From: Candidatus Eiseniibacteriota bacterium
Lineage (GTDB): Bacteria > Eisenbacteria > RBG-16-71-46 > SZUA-252
Direction: 5' to 3'
Assembly: GCA_963703225.1 (NCBI GenBank)
Contig: OY969801.1
Coordinates: 1,504,001 to 1,568,000, forward strand
DNA: 64,000 bases
The position numbers and the translations under genes were made by a program. Position 1 is the stretch's first letter. Each line of letters begins with the position of its first letter. The notes under the pieces are model-generated. The model did no database searches. It was given only the letters and a program-made list of their open reading frames with translations, and was not told where the DNA came from. Below, one piece after another: positions 27,515 to 37,069 of this stretch.

Positions 27515-28645
27515 AACGAATCCCCGTCCCCCTCCTCGTTGCCTCTCGATCCATCCGGGCGAGGGCGGGTGGCTCCCGACGGCATTCCCGGCGCGGCCGC
27601 CACCTGGTTCTTCCCCGCCTGCTTCGCGGCGTAGAGGCCGATGTCCGCGGCCTCGAGCAGCTCCCCCGCCGTGAATCCGTTCTCCGGGTAGGTCGCCACG
27701 CCGAGGCTCACCGTGATGACGCCGGGCGGCACCAGCGGGAACGCGGTCGTTTCGACCGACTGCTTCACGCGCTCCGCGAGGACGTACGCGCCCATCGCGC
27801 TCCGTCTGCGGCAGGATCACGACGAATTCGTCGCCGCCGTACTTGGCGACGAGGTCGATCGAGCGCGCCTCGCGCACGAGAATCTGGGCCACCTGGCGAA
27901 GCACTTCGCTTCCCCGCAGGTGGCCGTTCTGATCGTTGTATCGCTTCAGATTGTCGACGTCGAGCATGAGCACCGAGAACCGCTGGCTGAACCGCGCGGC
28001 CCGCTTCACCTCGCGTCGAAGAGCCATCTTGAGGAAGCGATAGTTGTAGACCTGCGTCAGGTCGTCGGTCACCGCGAGCTGCTCGGCGCGGCGGTAGAGC
28101 TTCCCGTTCTCGATCGCGATCGCGGTCTGATTCGCGAGGAGCGAGAGGATGCGCAGATGCCGCATGTCGAACGGGGTCGACTGGACCCGGTTCACCGCCA
28201 CCAGCACCCCGAGGACCGCGTCCCGCACCTTGAGCGGGGCCGCGAGGACCGCGGAGGTACGGAGCCCCGGCAGGGAGTCGACGCTGGGGTGGTACCGCGG
28301 GTCGGTGCCCACGTCCGGGACATGAACCGGCTGCCCTTCCAGGAGCACCCAGCGGGAGATCCCGGCGTGGTTCGGCAGCTCGTAGCGCTCGAGGTTGTGG
28401 AGCTGGCCGTCCGGGGAGACCCGCCTCGCGAACTTGCGGATGCGGCCCGAGTCGACCGTGATGAGGAAGACCGCCTGCGCGTGGAGCATCTGGAGGGCGC
28501 AGCTCAAGACCGACTCAAAAATCGTCTCCTGAGCCCGTCCCCCATTGATCAGGCTGGTAATTTCCTGGAGGGTGGCAAAAAATAATTCGTTGCCTGCAAG
28601 GTCGTCCATTGCAGGCTGCATTGTTTTCCGGTCCTTGGAATCCAC
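27511..28645 (-). CDS. GAF-domain diguanylate cyclase (one apparent frameshift near 27795)
   Basis: GAF ('LAAPLKVRDAVLGVLVAVN...LANQTAIAIEN'), 'TDDLTQVYN', RxxD (RSID) and 'YGGDEF'; C-terminus 'GAYVLAERV...TVSLGVA...YAAKQAGKN' lies in another frame. Confidence 0.88.
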
Positions 28646-28686
28646 GTCGCGGAGGGAAATGCAATCTCCGTGCCCCGATTTGCGAC

Positions 28687-28934
28687 TTATTCGTCCTTCA
28701 GGAAGAGACCGAGCTGCCGGCGCAAGTCGGGAGAGGGCGAAGAGGAAGACGGCCGCGATCCCCGCCGGGATGTACCAGTAGGGCCTCCAGCCCCCGGGGA
28801 GGCTCGCCGGAGGAGCGGAGAAAGACGATCAGGAGCAGGAGATCGGCAACGACGACCGCCCCGCTCACGAGCATCGTCGCGAGGCGCGCGGTCCGGCGCT
28901 CGGTCCAGTGAAAGCGCTTCTGGGGATCCGCCAT
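28687..28934 (-). CDS. Small two-TM membrane protein (two apparent frameshifts)
   Basis: 'MADPQKRF...LLLLIVFL', then 'WRPYWYIPAGIAAVFLFALSRL' and 'RRQLGLFLKDE*' in successive frames. Confidence 0.45.
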
Positions 28935-28976
28935 GGCTCAGGTTATTCCCGCAGCCGGGGCGCGACTGGGGAAGCA

Positions 28977-29053
28977 TGGTGCGCCCGAAGGGATTCGAAC
29001 CCCTGGCCTTCTGCTCCGGAGGCAGACGCTCTATCCAGCTGAGCTACGGGCGC
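28977..29053 (-). tRNA. tRNA-Arg(CCG), CCA encoded
   Basis: GCGCCCG acceptor stem, TCTGC-CTCCGGA-GCAGA anticodon arm, GTTCGAATC T-loop, ACCA end. Confidence 0.97.
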
Positions 29054-29059
29054 AAACCG

Positions 29060-29212
29060 TCAGGAGTCTAGCGTGTTTCGCAGCTTTGGCAAAGTGTGGG
29101 CAGGTCGCGTCCCGATGCCGAGGCGCTTCGTGATCTTGAAGATGATGGCTCGGTACGTGCCGTACTCATCAGCAAGTTCGCCAAGTTCAGTCACCTGAGG
29201 TGCGGTCTCCAT
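29060..29212 (-). pseudogene. 50-aa ORF, possibly a truncated gene with an HTH-like N-terminus
   Basis: METAPQVTELGELADEYGTYRAIIFKITKRLGI...; starts a few nt after a GTTAGCC motif and runs into the tRNA promoter. Confidence 0.3.
29065..29092 (-). promoter_or_regulatory. Putative tRNA-Arg promoter (TTGCCA-16-TAGACT)
   Basis: Hexamers at 29092-29087 and 29070-29065, 11 nt upstream of the mature tRNA. Confidence 0.5.
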
Positions 29213-29226
29213 ATCTGGCTAACGCC

Positions 29227-29901
29227 TTATTGGGCGGCTCCTGTCTGTAGCACGCACACCACTCGCGTGATTACGAACCCATGCTCGGGGCTCACCACGT
29301 CGTCGACGCGGTGGACCGGAAGCCCCCAATCCCGGATCTCGTCGACCAGGAGCTCGGCGCGGATGCCCGCTGGCCTCGAGCTCCCGTACGAACAGATGAT
29401 CAACCGCCCGCCCGGTGCGAGGAATCGCCCCAGCAGCCGCTCGGCGTACTCGCGGCGCCGCCGCGGCGGCACGTACACCAGCTCGGTCCTCACGAAATCG
29501 AAGCGAGCCGGCGGCTCCCAGAGGAGAGCGTTCCCGACAAAGATTCGGTCGCGCCACCACGGGAGGCGCTCCCGGGCCAGCTCCGCCAGCTTCTCCGAGA
29601 TGTCGAGGCCGAACGGCTCGACGCGGTGACCGTCCTCGCGCGCCCACGCGAGGACACTCTCCATCAGCAGGCCGCTCGCGCACCCAATGTCGAGGAAGGA
29701 GCCGTCCCTGTCGATCGGCACCACGACCGGGCGGCGGAAGCGCTCCCAGTTGAGGTCGTCTCGCCCGAACCCGGACTGCTGCCGCGGGTTGGTGCCGACG
29801 AGGTACTTCCCTTCGTGGAGCGCCCGACCCAACTCCACTACCAGGACGATACTCTGCGCGAGACCTGGCAGCGCGGCATCCGGATACGCCGCGGATCTCA
29901 C
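29227..29901 (-). CDS. Class I SAM-dependent methyltransferase
   Basis: 'FLDIGCASG', 'FGLDIS', 'LAPGGRLII'; N-terminus uncertain. Confidence 0.8.
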   Translation of the reverse strand: MRSAAYPDAALPGLAQSIVLVVELGRALHEGKYLVGTNPRQQSGFGRDDLNWERFRRPVVVPIDRDGSFLDIGCASGLLMESVLAWAREDGHRVEPFGLDISEKLAELARERLPWWRDRIFVGNALLWEPPARFDFVRTELVYVPPRRRREYAERLLGRFLAPGGRLIICSYGSSRPAGIRAELLVDEIRDWGLPVHRVDDVVSPEHGFVITRVVCVLQTGAAQ

Positions 29902-29957
29902 CCGGTAGCGGAACTCGTGTCAGGCGTCCGGTTAACCGAAGGGCTGCAGGATAGCGA

Positions 29958-30410
29958 TTAGCAAGTGACGAGGTCCGTATGCCCAAAGCCCTTGGAATAG
30001 TCGAGTACGGAAATGGTCATCGGCGCTACGCGGAAGAGGCGGACCTCGTCCGGGCTTGGCATCTTCATCGGCAAGGGTGGTGCATCAGGGTACTTCAGCG
30101 GAAGCATGCGCAAGATCCTTTCCGCTTCAGCCCGATCAGTCACCGCATGCGCGTGCGCTGCCATCGATAAGCCCGTGATCGCCATCAGATCCGCGGTGTC
30201 GTGATCGATCGTCAGCGAGATGCGATCATCTCGCGCTAAATTATTCGCCTTCTGACTGTCAAGGCCGCAGAGAAAATAGAGCACCAGGCCCTCGTTCACA
30301 TAGCCAACGGTCGTTGCCTGTGGCCAGCCATCTGGCCGCAGCGTCGCAACCGTCATGATTCGGTGTTGGTCCAGCAGCGTCAGGATCTTCCTTCTAATTT
30401 CATCGTCCAT
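29958..30410 (-). CDS. Pyridoxamine 5'-phosphate oxidase-like flavin-binding protein
   Basis: GGAG RBS and ATG 30410; 'MTVATLRPDGWPQATTV...SQKANNLARDDRISLTI'. Confidence 0.85.
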   Translation of the reverse strand: MDDEIRRKILTLLDQHRIMTVATLRPDGWPQATTVGYVNEGLVLYFLCGLDSQKANNLARDDRISLTIDHDTADLMAITGLSMAAHAHAVTDRAEAERILRMLPLKYPDAPPLPMKMPSPDEVRLFRVAPMTISVLDYSKGFGHTDLVTC

Positions 30411-30486
30411 GATTCGTCTCCATGATCGCGAACAGGGTTGTTGCGCGGACGCTTCCAGCATTGCCGTTGGGCGACTTCCCATCTCA

Positions 30487-30526
30487 CTCCAGAGGCAGCC
30501 GCTCTATCCACCTGAGCTACGCCCGC
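30487..30526 (-). repeat. Degenerate copy of the 5' half of tRNA-Arg(CCG) (att-like direct repeat of 29014-29053)
   Basis: ctccagaggcagccgctctatccacctgagctacgcccgc vs ctccggaggcagacgctctatccagctgagctacgggcgc; 5 mismatches in 40. Confidence 0.85.
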
Positions 30527-30537
30527 AACAGATTGGC

Positions 30538-30566
30538 ATTGTACAGACTTGGGCGGTTCCTGGAAA
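30538..30566 (-). promoter_or_regulatory. Putative promoter of the half-tRNA (TTTCCA-17-TACAAT)
   Basis: -10 at 30543-30538 lies 11 nt upstream of the fragment, the same spacing as at the intact tRNA. Confidence 0.5.
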
Positions 30567-30591
30567 GCTCTGTCGAGGTGCGAATGGTCGG

Positions 30592-31683
30592 CTAGGCAGG
30601 CTTTGCGACCGCTTCGTATGCCTTTCGGATGGTGGCGATGTAGCCCTGGAGCGCTTCGAGCTTCGAGGGGGTGAGCGCCTGGGGCCCATCGCAGAGCGCC
30701 AGCTCGGGGCGCGGGTGGAAGTCGACGAGCACCATCGTGGCGCCGGTGATGACTCCCTGCCCAATCACATGGAAGATGTCAGGGAGCCCGTCCGGGGCGA
30801 TGTCCAGGCGCCCGACGCTGTGCGACGGGTCGATGCAGACGGGCAAGCGCGTTTGTCGACGCACGACCGGCACGTGCGCGAAATCAACGAAGTTTCGATG
30901 GGGGTCCCCGAGGTGGGTTTTCACGCCTCGTAGGCAGAACACGATGTTCGGATTGCCCTCGCTCGCGACGTACTCGCACGCATTGAGCGACTCCTCCAGC
31001 GTGATGCCCATCCCACGCTTGAAGAGGACTGGGAACCTCCGCTGCTGGCCCACGGACTTGAGCAGCTCGAAGTTCTGGGTGTTGCGCGTGCCGATCTGGA
31101 GCATGACGCCCGTCGGGTTGCCTGCCTCCTCGAGCGCCGCGCGGACTTCATCGACGTGCCGCGCGTCGGTCACCTCCATGGCGATGACCTTGATCTCGAA
31201 CTTGCCGGCCAGCTCGAAGACCCACGGGAGGCAGCCCTTGCCGAGTCCCTGGAAGTCGTAGGGGCTGGTGCGCGGCTTGTAGGCGCCCATGCGGGTCGTG
31301 CGGATCCCGGCGGCCTGGAGCGCGGCCATCATTTCTTCCACGTTTTGGCGCGAGTCGACCGCGCAGAGGCCGGCGAAGAGCTTGACGCTGCGCTCGTCGA
31401 AGCGCACCCCGTTGTATTCGAACCCAGGCGTCTCGGCGCTCGAGTGCCGGCCGATGAGGCGATACTTGACCGAGACGCGCACCGCCTGGAGAACGCCCGG
31501 TATGTTCTCGAAGATGTCGGTGGGCACGGTGCGCGTGGAGCCGATGAGGTGAATCTCGGTGATCGAAGTGGAGGCGCCGCGGAACTCGTACTTGCGCGCG
31601 GTGACCCCCGCATGGCGCTCGGAGAGTCGAATGACCGATGCGACGACGCTCTCCGGAGCATCCGGTTCCAGCGTGATGATCAT
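30592..31683 (-). CDS. aroF: DAHP synthase, type I-beta (second, divergent paralog)
   Basis: 'AGLCAVDS', 'RMGAYKPRTSPYDFQGLG', 'QIGTRNTQNF', 'IDPSHSVG', 'CDGPQAL'; ATG 31683. Confidence 0.9.
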   Translation of the reverse strand: MIITLEPDAPESVVASVIRLSERHAGVTARKYEFRGASTSITEIHLIGSTRTVPTDIFENIPGVLQAVRVSVKYRLIGRHSSAETPGFEYNGVRFDERSVKLFAGLCAVDSRQNVEEMMAALQAAGIRTTRMGAYKPRTSPYDFQGLGKGCLPWVFELAGKFEIKVIAMEVTDARHVDEVRAALEEAGNPTGVMLQIGTRNTQNFELLKSVGQQRRFPVLFKRGMGITLEESLNACEYVASEGNPNIVFCLRGVKTHLGDPHRNFVDFAHVPVVRRQTRLPVCIDPSHSVGRLDIAPDGLPDIFHVIGQGVITGATMVLVDFHPRPELALCDGPQALTPSKLEALQGYIATIRKAYEAVAKPA

Positions 31684-31694
31684 GCGCGGGCTCC

Positions 31695-32783
31695 TTAGAA
31701 GAAGCGCTTCACGATGCTCAACGCGCCCTGTTTCCAGGGCACCCTGTGGGAGACCCCGGAACTTTGCTCGAACTCGGCCTGGTGCGCCAGATACCACTCG
31801 AAGTTCCGCACCAAGGCCTGCTGATTGGAGAACCGGGGCTTGAATCCGATCGCCCGCTCCGCCTTCTCAATCGACACGAACGAGTCCTTGCTGGCCGTTT
31901 CGTAGACCCATTTGTAGAGGGGCGAGAGCCGGAGGGCGTCCAGGACCCGCAGAGCCCAGATCACGGGCGCCGCCGGAAAACCCGATACCCGCTTCCCGAA
32001 ACCGGCTCGGTCGAGCACCGCCTGGTAATCCTCGCGCATCGTCTTGAACTCTTTAGCCCCGATGTTGAACGTGTCGTTGACGACCGCGGCATCCAGGGTC
32101 ATGCAGAGCCCGATGGCCTGGCAGAGATCCTCGACGTCCAGGAGCTGGTATCGGTTCTTCCCCGAGCCGATCATCGGGAAACCGCGGCCGTCCTGAGCCC
32201 AGTCGTACAGCATGGCGAAGACCCCGAGCCGCTCCGGGCCGATGAAGCTCTTGGGCCGGATGATCGGGACGCACATCCCCCGGGCGCGAAACTCCGCGCA
32301 GACCGCCTCCGCCTCGACCTTTGCCTTGCCGTAAGGTCCCACGCCGTCGAGGCGATCGGTCTCCAGCAGCGGATGGTGGTCGGGGATCCCGTAGACCGCG
32401 GTCGAGGAGATGTGGACAAACCGATCGACGCGGCGGCTCTGGGCGCTCTCGAGCAGGCGGCGCGTCCCGTCGATCCCGGTGGTGAGGATGTCCCGCGCGG
32501 GATAAAGGGGCAGCGCCATCGCGCCGTGGACGACCGTTCCCACACCCGTCATCGCGGCCTCCACGGCGGCGGGGTCGCGAATGTCTCCGACGATGGCTTC
32601 GATCTTGTCCTTGGAGTCGGCGTAGTCGAACGGAAGGAGGTCGAGTGAGCGGACGCGATACCCGCGCGCCAGGAGGTACCGGATCAGATTGATGCCGGTG
32701 AACCCGGATCCCCCCGTGACGAGCACAAGGCCGGCGTCACGACCTCCCCCTGCCGCCCTCCGATCCCCGGATGCCTCGATCAA
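31695..32783 (-). CDS. Extended SDR, NAD-dependent epimerase/dehydratase
   Basis: TGGSGFTG, 'ISSTAVYG', YGKAK; TTG start overlaps trpB stop. Confidence 0.85.
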   Translation of the reverse strand: MIEASGDRRAAGGGRDAGLVLVTGGSGFTGINLIRYLLARGYRVRSLDLLPFDYADSKDKIEAIVGDIRDPAAVEAAMTGVGTVVHGAMALPLYPARDILTTGIDGTRRLLESAQSRRVDRFVHISSTAVYGIPDHHPLLETDRLDGVGPYGKAKVEAEAVCAEFRARGMCVPIIRPKSFIGPERLGVFAMLYDWAQDGRGFPMIGSGKNRYQLLDVEDLCQAIGLCMTLDAAVVNDTFNIGAKEFKTMREDYQAVLDRAGFGKRVSGFPAAPVIWALRVLDALRLSPLYKWVYETASKDSFVSIEKAERAIGFKPRFSNQQALVRNFEWYLAHQAEFEQSSGVSHRVPWKQGALSIVKRFF

Positions 32784-34009
32784 GAGATTCCCTCCTCACG
32801 GGGTCGTTTGAACTTGGAGACGATTCCCAGATCCTTGTCGCCCCGTCCCGAAAGGTTGGCGACCACGAGGGCGTCTCTGGCGATGGTCCCTCGCTTCCCT
32901 TCGCGGAGCACCCACGCCAGTGCGTGCGATGACTCCAGCGCGGGAAGGATGCCCTCCCGTGCGGGCCAGAATGTCGAACGCGCCCAAGCGCCTCTGGGTC
33001 GGTGGCGAAGTGGTACTGTACCCGGCCCGACGCGGCGAGCGCCGCATGCTCCGGACCCACCGCCGGGTAGTCGAGCCCCGCTGAGATCGAGTGGGTCTCG
33101 CGCACCTGCCCCGCCTCGTCCTGAAGGACGAGCGATCGCGTCCCGTGGAGCACGCCGGTTGCTGGCTCCGCGAACCGTGCCGCGTGGCGCTTGCGTCGCG
33201 ATCCCCTCCCCTCCCGCCTCGACGCCGACCATCGCCACGGTGGCGTCGCCCAGAAACTCGTGGAAGAGCCCGATCGAGTTGCTCCCGCCGCCGACGCACG
33301 CGACGAGGAGATCAGGCAAACGGTGCTCGGCGGCCAGGACTTGCCCGCGCGTTTCCCTCCCGATGACCGACTGGAAATCGCGGACCATGGTCGGGTAGGG
33401 GTGCGGCCCCAGGACCGAGCCCAGGAGGTAGTGCGTCGATCGTACGTTCGCCGACCAGTCGCGCATCGCCTCGTTGATGGCGTCCTTGAGCGTCCGGCTT
33501 CCCGAGGAAACCCCTCGCACCTCCGCGCCGAGGAGCCGCATGCGATCGACGTTCGGCCGCTGGCGCTCCATGTCGATCTCGCCCATGTAGACGACGCACG
33601 TGAGCCCGTACCGCGCGCACGCCGTCGCGGCCGCCACACCGTGCTGGCCGGCGCCCGTCTCCGCGATCACCCGGCTCTTTCCCATCCGACGAGCCAGGAG
33701 GGCCTGACCGATCGCGTTGTTGATCTTGTGCGCGCCCGTGTGGAGGAGATCTTCGCGCTTCAGGTAGACCCGCGCCAGCCCGGCTGCCTCCGCGAAACGG
33801 GACGCGAGAAGAAGCGGCGTCGGCCGGCCGGCGAATTCCCGAAGCTCGCGGTCGAGATCGGCTGCAAAGCTCGGATCCCGCCGTGCCTCGTCGTAGGCGA
33901 CGGCGAGATCGAGCACCGGGGTCAGCAGGGTCTCCGGCACGTAGATTCCGCCAAACTCGCCGAACCGCCCGGGCGTGGGGGCCGTGGCTGGGGCTTGGGC
34001 CGCCGTCAC
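32780..34009 (-). CDS. trpB: Tryptophan synthase beta chain (three apparent single-base insertions near 33194, 32985, 32958)
   Basis: '[12 protein letters not shown]', '[15 protein letters not shown]', 'AETGAGQHG', 'GGGSN'; '[10 protein letters not shown]' in a shifted frame; 'LSGRGDKD' back in frame. Confidence 0.93.
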   Translation of the reverse strand: MTAAQAPATAPTPGRFGEFGGIYVPETLLTPVLDLAVAYDEARRDPSFAADLDRELREFAGRPTPLLLASRFAEAAGLARVYLKREDLLHTGAHKINNAIGQALLARRMGKSRVIAETGAGQHGVAAATACARYGLTCVVYMGEIDMERQRPNVDRMRLLGAEVRGVSSGSRTLKDAINEAMRDWSANVRSTHYLLGSVLGPHPYPTMVRDFQSVIGRETRGQVLAAEHRLPDLLVACVGGGSNSIGLFHEFLGDATVAMVGVEAGGEGIATQAPRGTVRGASNRRAPRDAIARPSGRGGAGARDPLDLSGARLPGGGSGACGARRVGPGTVPLRHRPRGAWARSTFWPAREGILPALESSHALAWVLREGKRGTIARDALVVANLSGRGDKDLGIVSKFKRPREEGIS

Positions 34010-34638
34010 GAGCGCTTCGGCCGTACCCGGTCCGCGGCGCGGATCCGCTCGACGAACGCGCGGACCTTCTCTTGGCTCTTCTTCCCGATCTCGGACTCCA
34101 GACCACTCGAAGCATCGACGCCGAAGGGGCGCACGTCCAGGATCAACGGCTCGACGTTCCCGGCGTGCAGCCCGCCAGCGACGATGAGCCGCCGGCCGTG
34201 GACGACGCAGCGCTTGGCCCAGGCCCAGTCCGCGAGGATGCCGGTCCCGCCCGGTTTCCGATCGTCGTGGGCATCGAGGAGATAGGTCCGTAGAGGAACC
34301 ATGGGAAGCTGGGGCGGATCGGGCAGCGTTTGCCCGCGGAGGACGTGCCACACCTCGAATGGCGGGACGATATCGAGGTCCAGCCAGCCGGCGACCTGGA
34401 CCGCGCTCAGGTCGAGCTCTTGAGCGATCGGTGCCACCCGATCGGGACGCTCATCGGCGAAGACGCCGACGACGTGGGCTTCGGCCGGGAGCGAGGCGCG
34501 GATCGCCTGGGCGCGATCGAGTGGAACGCGACGAGGGCTTTCGGTGAGTACGAGCCCGATGGAGTCGGCCCCCGCCTCGAACGCCATCCGCGCGTCGGCC
34601 GCGTTCGTGATGCCGCAGATCTTGATCCGGGTTCTCAC
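34006..34638 (-). CDS. trpF: Phosphoribosylanthranilate isomerase
   Basis: 'IKICGIT', 'SPRRV', 'GGTG..ADW', 'AGGL', 'GVDASSGLE'. Confidence 0.95.
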   Translation of the reverse strand: MRTRIKICGITNAADARMAFEAGADSIGLVLTESPRRVPLDRAQAIRASLPAEAHVVGVFADERPDRVAPIAQELDLSAVQVAGWLDLDIVPPFEVWHVLRGQTLPDPPQLPMVPLRTYLLDAHDDRKPGGTGILADWAWAKRCVVHGRRLIVAGGLHAGNVEPLILDVRPFGVDASSGLESEIGKKSQEKVRAFVERIRAADRVRPKRS

Positions 34639-35453
34639 GCGCGCGACCTTCCGGCGGGCGGCTCGGAGATCCCGAGCAGCTCCTGGAGCGCCTTCGCCGG
34701 CGTCTCGGCCCGGAGCAGGGTTTCACCGACCAGGACCGCGTCGGCGCCGATCCGCTCGAGCGCCTCCATTTCGGCGCGCTCCCGATATCCGCTCTCGGCG
34801 ACCCGGAGACGGTCGGCCGGAATGGTCGGAATGATCCGCTCGGCCCACCCGCGACGGACTTCCAGGGAGCGGAGGTCCCGGTTGTTCACCCCGATTCCGG
34901 CCCCCTCGATCTCCAGGGCACGCTCCAGCTCCCGCTCCTCGTGTACCTCGACCAGGCACTCCAACGAAAGCTCCCCCGCGAGCGCGGCGTAGTCCCGAAG
35001 CTGGCCCGGGCTCAAGAGTCCCACGATCAGGAGCGCGGCGTCGGCGCCGGCCGCGCGGGCCTCGTAAAGCTGTCTCTCGTGAACCACGAAGTCTTTAAGC
35101 AGGACCGGGAGCTGAATCCGCTCCCGGACTCGGGAGAGATGCTCGATCGAGCCCCCGAAGCGGGACGGCTCCGTCAGCACGGAAATGGCCGATGCCCCCG
35201 CCTTCTCGTAGGCTATGGCGATGGCGGAGGGATCGTAGTTCGGACGCAGAACCCCGGCGCTGGGCGACGATTTCTTGACCTCCGCGATCAATCGAAGCGG
35301 AGCGCCCTCGGGGCGTCGAAGCGCCTCCGCAAAGGGACGGACGTCGCCGCCCCGCATCTCGGCCCGGTCTCTCAGCTCGGCGATCGAGACCCGGCGCTCC
35401 TCCTCTCGGACGCGCTCCCGCCGCTCCCGCGCGATCTCGGTGAGAAAGTCCAC
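34635..35453 (-). CDS. trpC: Indole-3-glycerol phosphate synthase
   Basis: 'IAEVKKSSPSAG', 'ISVLTE', 'KDF', 'GVNNRDL', 'VAESG'. Confidence 0.95.
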   Translation of the reverse strand: MDFLTEIARERRERVREEERRVSIAELRDRAEMRGGDVRPFAEALRRPEGAPLRLIAEVKKSSPSAGVLRPNYDPSAIAIAYEKAGASAISVLTEPSRFGGSIEHLSRVRERIQLPVLLKDFVVHERQLYEARAAGADAALLIVGLLSPGQLRDYAALAGELSLECLVEVHEERELERALEIEGAGIGVNNRDLRSLEVRRGWAERIIPTIPADRLRVAESGYRERAEMEALERIGADAVLVGETLLRAETPAKALQELLGISEPPAGRSRA

Positions 35454-36479
35454 TCAGTCGTCCCCCGCGGTTTGGGAAATCTCGATGTATCGATTCAGCG
35501 TCCGCGCGGCCGCGCCCGAATCGAGCACCTCCTGCGCGACCTCCACGCCCGCTTCCACGCTTTTCACCCGCTCGGCCACCCAGAGCGCCGCCGCGGCGTT
35601 CAGGACGACCGCGTCGCGCCGCGGGCCTGGCTCGCCGGACAGGATGGCGCGCGTCACGGCGGCGTTCTCTACCGCCGTTCCCCCTCGCAGCGCGGCGCCG
35701 GGGGCCGCGGCGAGGCCGAGCGCACCCGCCTCGATGCGGACCGGGCGTGGGGCGCTCCCCTGCTCGGCAAGGACCGCCTCGTTTCCGCCCTCCAGGGAGA
35801 GCTCATCCAGGCCGCCTCCACCATGTACGACGAGGGCGCGGGTGAGCCCCAAAGCCTGGAGCACGCGGGCCATCGGCTCGAGGCGCGCGCGGTCGGAGAT
35901 CCCGACGAGCTGATGCGTGGCGTGTGCCGGGTTGGCGAGCGGCCCGAGCCAGTTGAACAGCGTCCGCACGCCCAGCGTCTCCCGCACCTTCGCGACGCGG
36001 CGTACGGAGGGGTGGAACCGGCGCGCGAAGAGGAAACAAAAACCGGTCTCATGAAGAGCGCGCGCGGCGCCCTGGGGACCGAGGTCGATCCGCGCTCCCA
36101 GCGCTTGGAGCACATCGGCGCTCCCGCAGCGGCTCGAGACCGAGCGGTTCCCATGCTTGGCGACGGTCACGCCCGAAGCGGCGGCGATCAGGGCGACGAT
36201 GGTCGAGATGTTGAACGTGTGGGAGCCATCCCCGCCGGTGCCGCAGGTGTCCAGCACGATGCCGCGCGGCGTGGGAAACGGGACCGCCTCCGCGCGGAGC
36301 GCCTGGGCGCTCCCGATGAGCTCTTCGTCCGCTTCCCCGCGCTGCGCGAGCGCGATGAGGAACGCCGCCACCAGCGCGTCGTCGTTTTCGCCCCGGACGA
36401 TGGACGTCATGGCTCCGGCCGCTTCGTCCCGGTTCAGGCGATCCCCGCGCAGAAGCCGCGGGAGAAGCTCGCGGATCAT
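35454..36479 (-). CDS. trpD: Anthranilate phosphoribosyltransferase
   Basis: 'DTCGTGGDGSHTFNIST', 'KHGNRSVSSRCGSAD', 'RTLFNWLGPLANP'; ATG 36479. Confidence 0.95.
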   Translation of the reverse strand: MIRELLPRLLRGDRLNRDEAAGAMTSIVRGENDDALVAAFLIALAQRGEADEELIGSAQALRAEAVPFPTPRGIVLDTCGTGGDGSHTFNISTIVALIAAASGVTVAKHGNRSVSSRCGSADVLQALGARIDLGPQGAARALHETGFCFLFARRFHPSVRRVAKVRETLGVRTLFNWLGPLANPAHATHQLVGISDRARLEPMARVLQALGLTRALVVHGGGGLDELSLEGGNEAVLAEQGSAPRPVRIEAGALGLAAAPGAALRGGTAVENAAVTRAILSGEPGPRRDAVVLNAAAALWVAERVKSVEAGVEVAQEVLDSGAAARTLNRYIEISQTAGDD

Positions 36480-37069
36480 CGCCCTCCGGCTGGCAACGGC
36501 GCGGGGAGCAGGAGGAGAAAGTTGCGGAGGATATCCTTGCCTGCGACGGTCAGGATCGACTCGGGGTGAAATTGGACGCCCCACGTCTCGTGCTCCTTGT
36601 GCCGGATCGCCATGATTTCGTTCTCGGGGGTCCAGGCCATGACCTGAAGCGTCTCCGGCAATCCATCGCGCGCGACGAGGAGGGAATGGTACCGTGTTGC
36701 CTGGAAAGGGTTGTCGATGTCCAAAAAGAGCCCCCGTCCCGAATGAATGACCGACGAGGTCTTCCCGTGGACCAGGCGCTCCGCGCGGACCACCTTTCCG
36801 CCGAACACCTCCCCGATGCACTGATGCCCGAGGCAGACGCCGAGGATGGGAATGGTGCCGGAGCAGCGGCGGACCACCTCGCAGCTGATCCCGGCCGACG
36901 AAGGCCGCCCGGGGCCGGGCGAGATCACGATGGCCCGTGGGCGCATGGCGATGATCTCGTCCACGGTGATCTCGTCGTTCCGCTTCACGATCGGCGTGTC
37001 GCCCAGCTCTCCGAGATACTGGACCAGGTTCCACGTGAAGGAATCATAGTTGTCGATCATCAGGATCAC
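36476..37069 (-). CDS. trpG: Anthranilate synthase component II (glutamine amidotransferase)
   Basis: 'IDNYDSFTWNL', 'SPGPG', 'GVCLGHQ', 'RYHSL', 'QFHPES'; GTG 37069. Confidence 0.95.
   Translation of the reverse strand: MILMIDNYDSFTWNLVQYLGELGDTPIVKRNDEITVDEIIAMRPRAIVISPGPGRPSSAGISCEVVRRCSGTIPILGVCLGHQCIGEVFGGKVVRAERLVHGKTSSVIHSGRGLFLDIDNPFQATRYHSLLVARDGLPETLQVMAWTPENEIMAIRHKEHETWGVQFHPESILTVAGKDILRNFLLLLPAPLPAGGR

Larger units (their letters stand above)
29054..30526. mobile_element. Decayed integrative islet between intact tRNA-Arg(CCG) and a 5'-half tRNA repeat; no integrase
   Basis: 40-bp direct repeat (35/40 identical); accessory cargo genes; locally lower GC in the PNPOx gene. Confidence 0.6.

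Noticed and set aside
30466..30526. Half-tRNA as a functional mini-tRNA (GGGCG could pair with downstream CGCCC)
   Set aside because: Only 5 bp of pairing, broken anticodon stem, no T arm or CCA; treated as an att remnant.
35454..37034. Apparent 526-aa TrpG-TrpD fusion
   Set aside because: The N-terminal extension is out of frame with trpG; trpD starts at 36479 by ATGA overlap.
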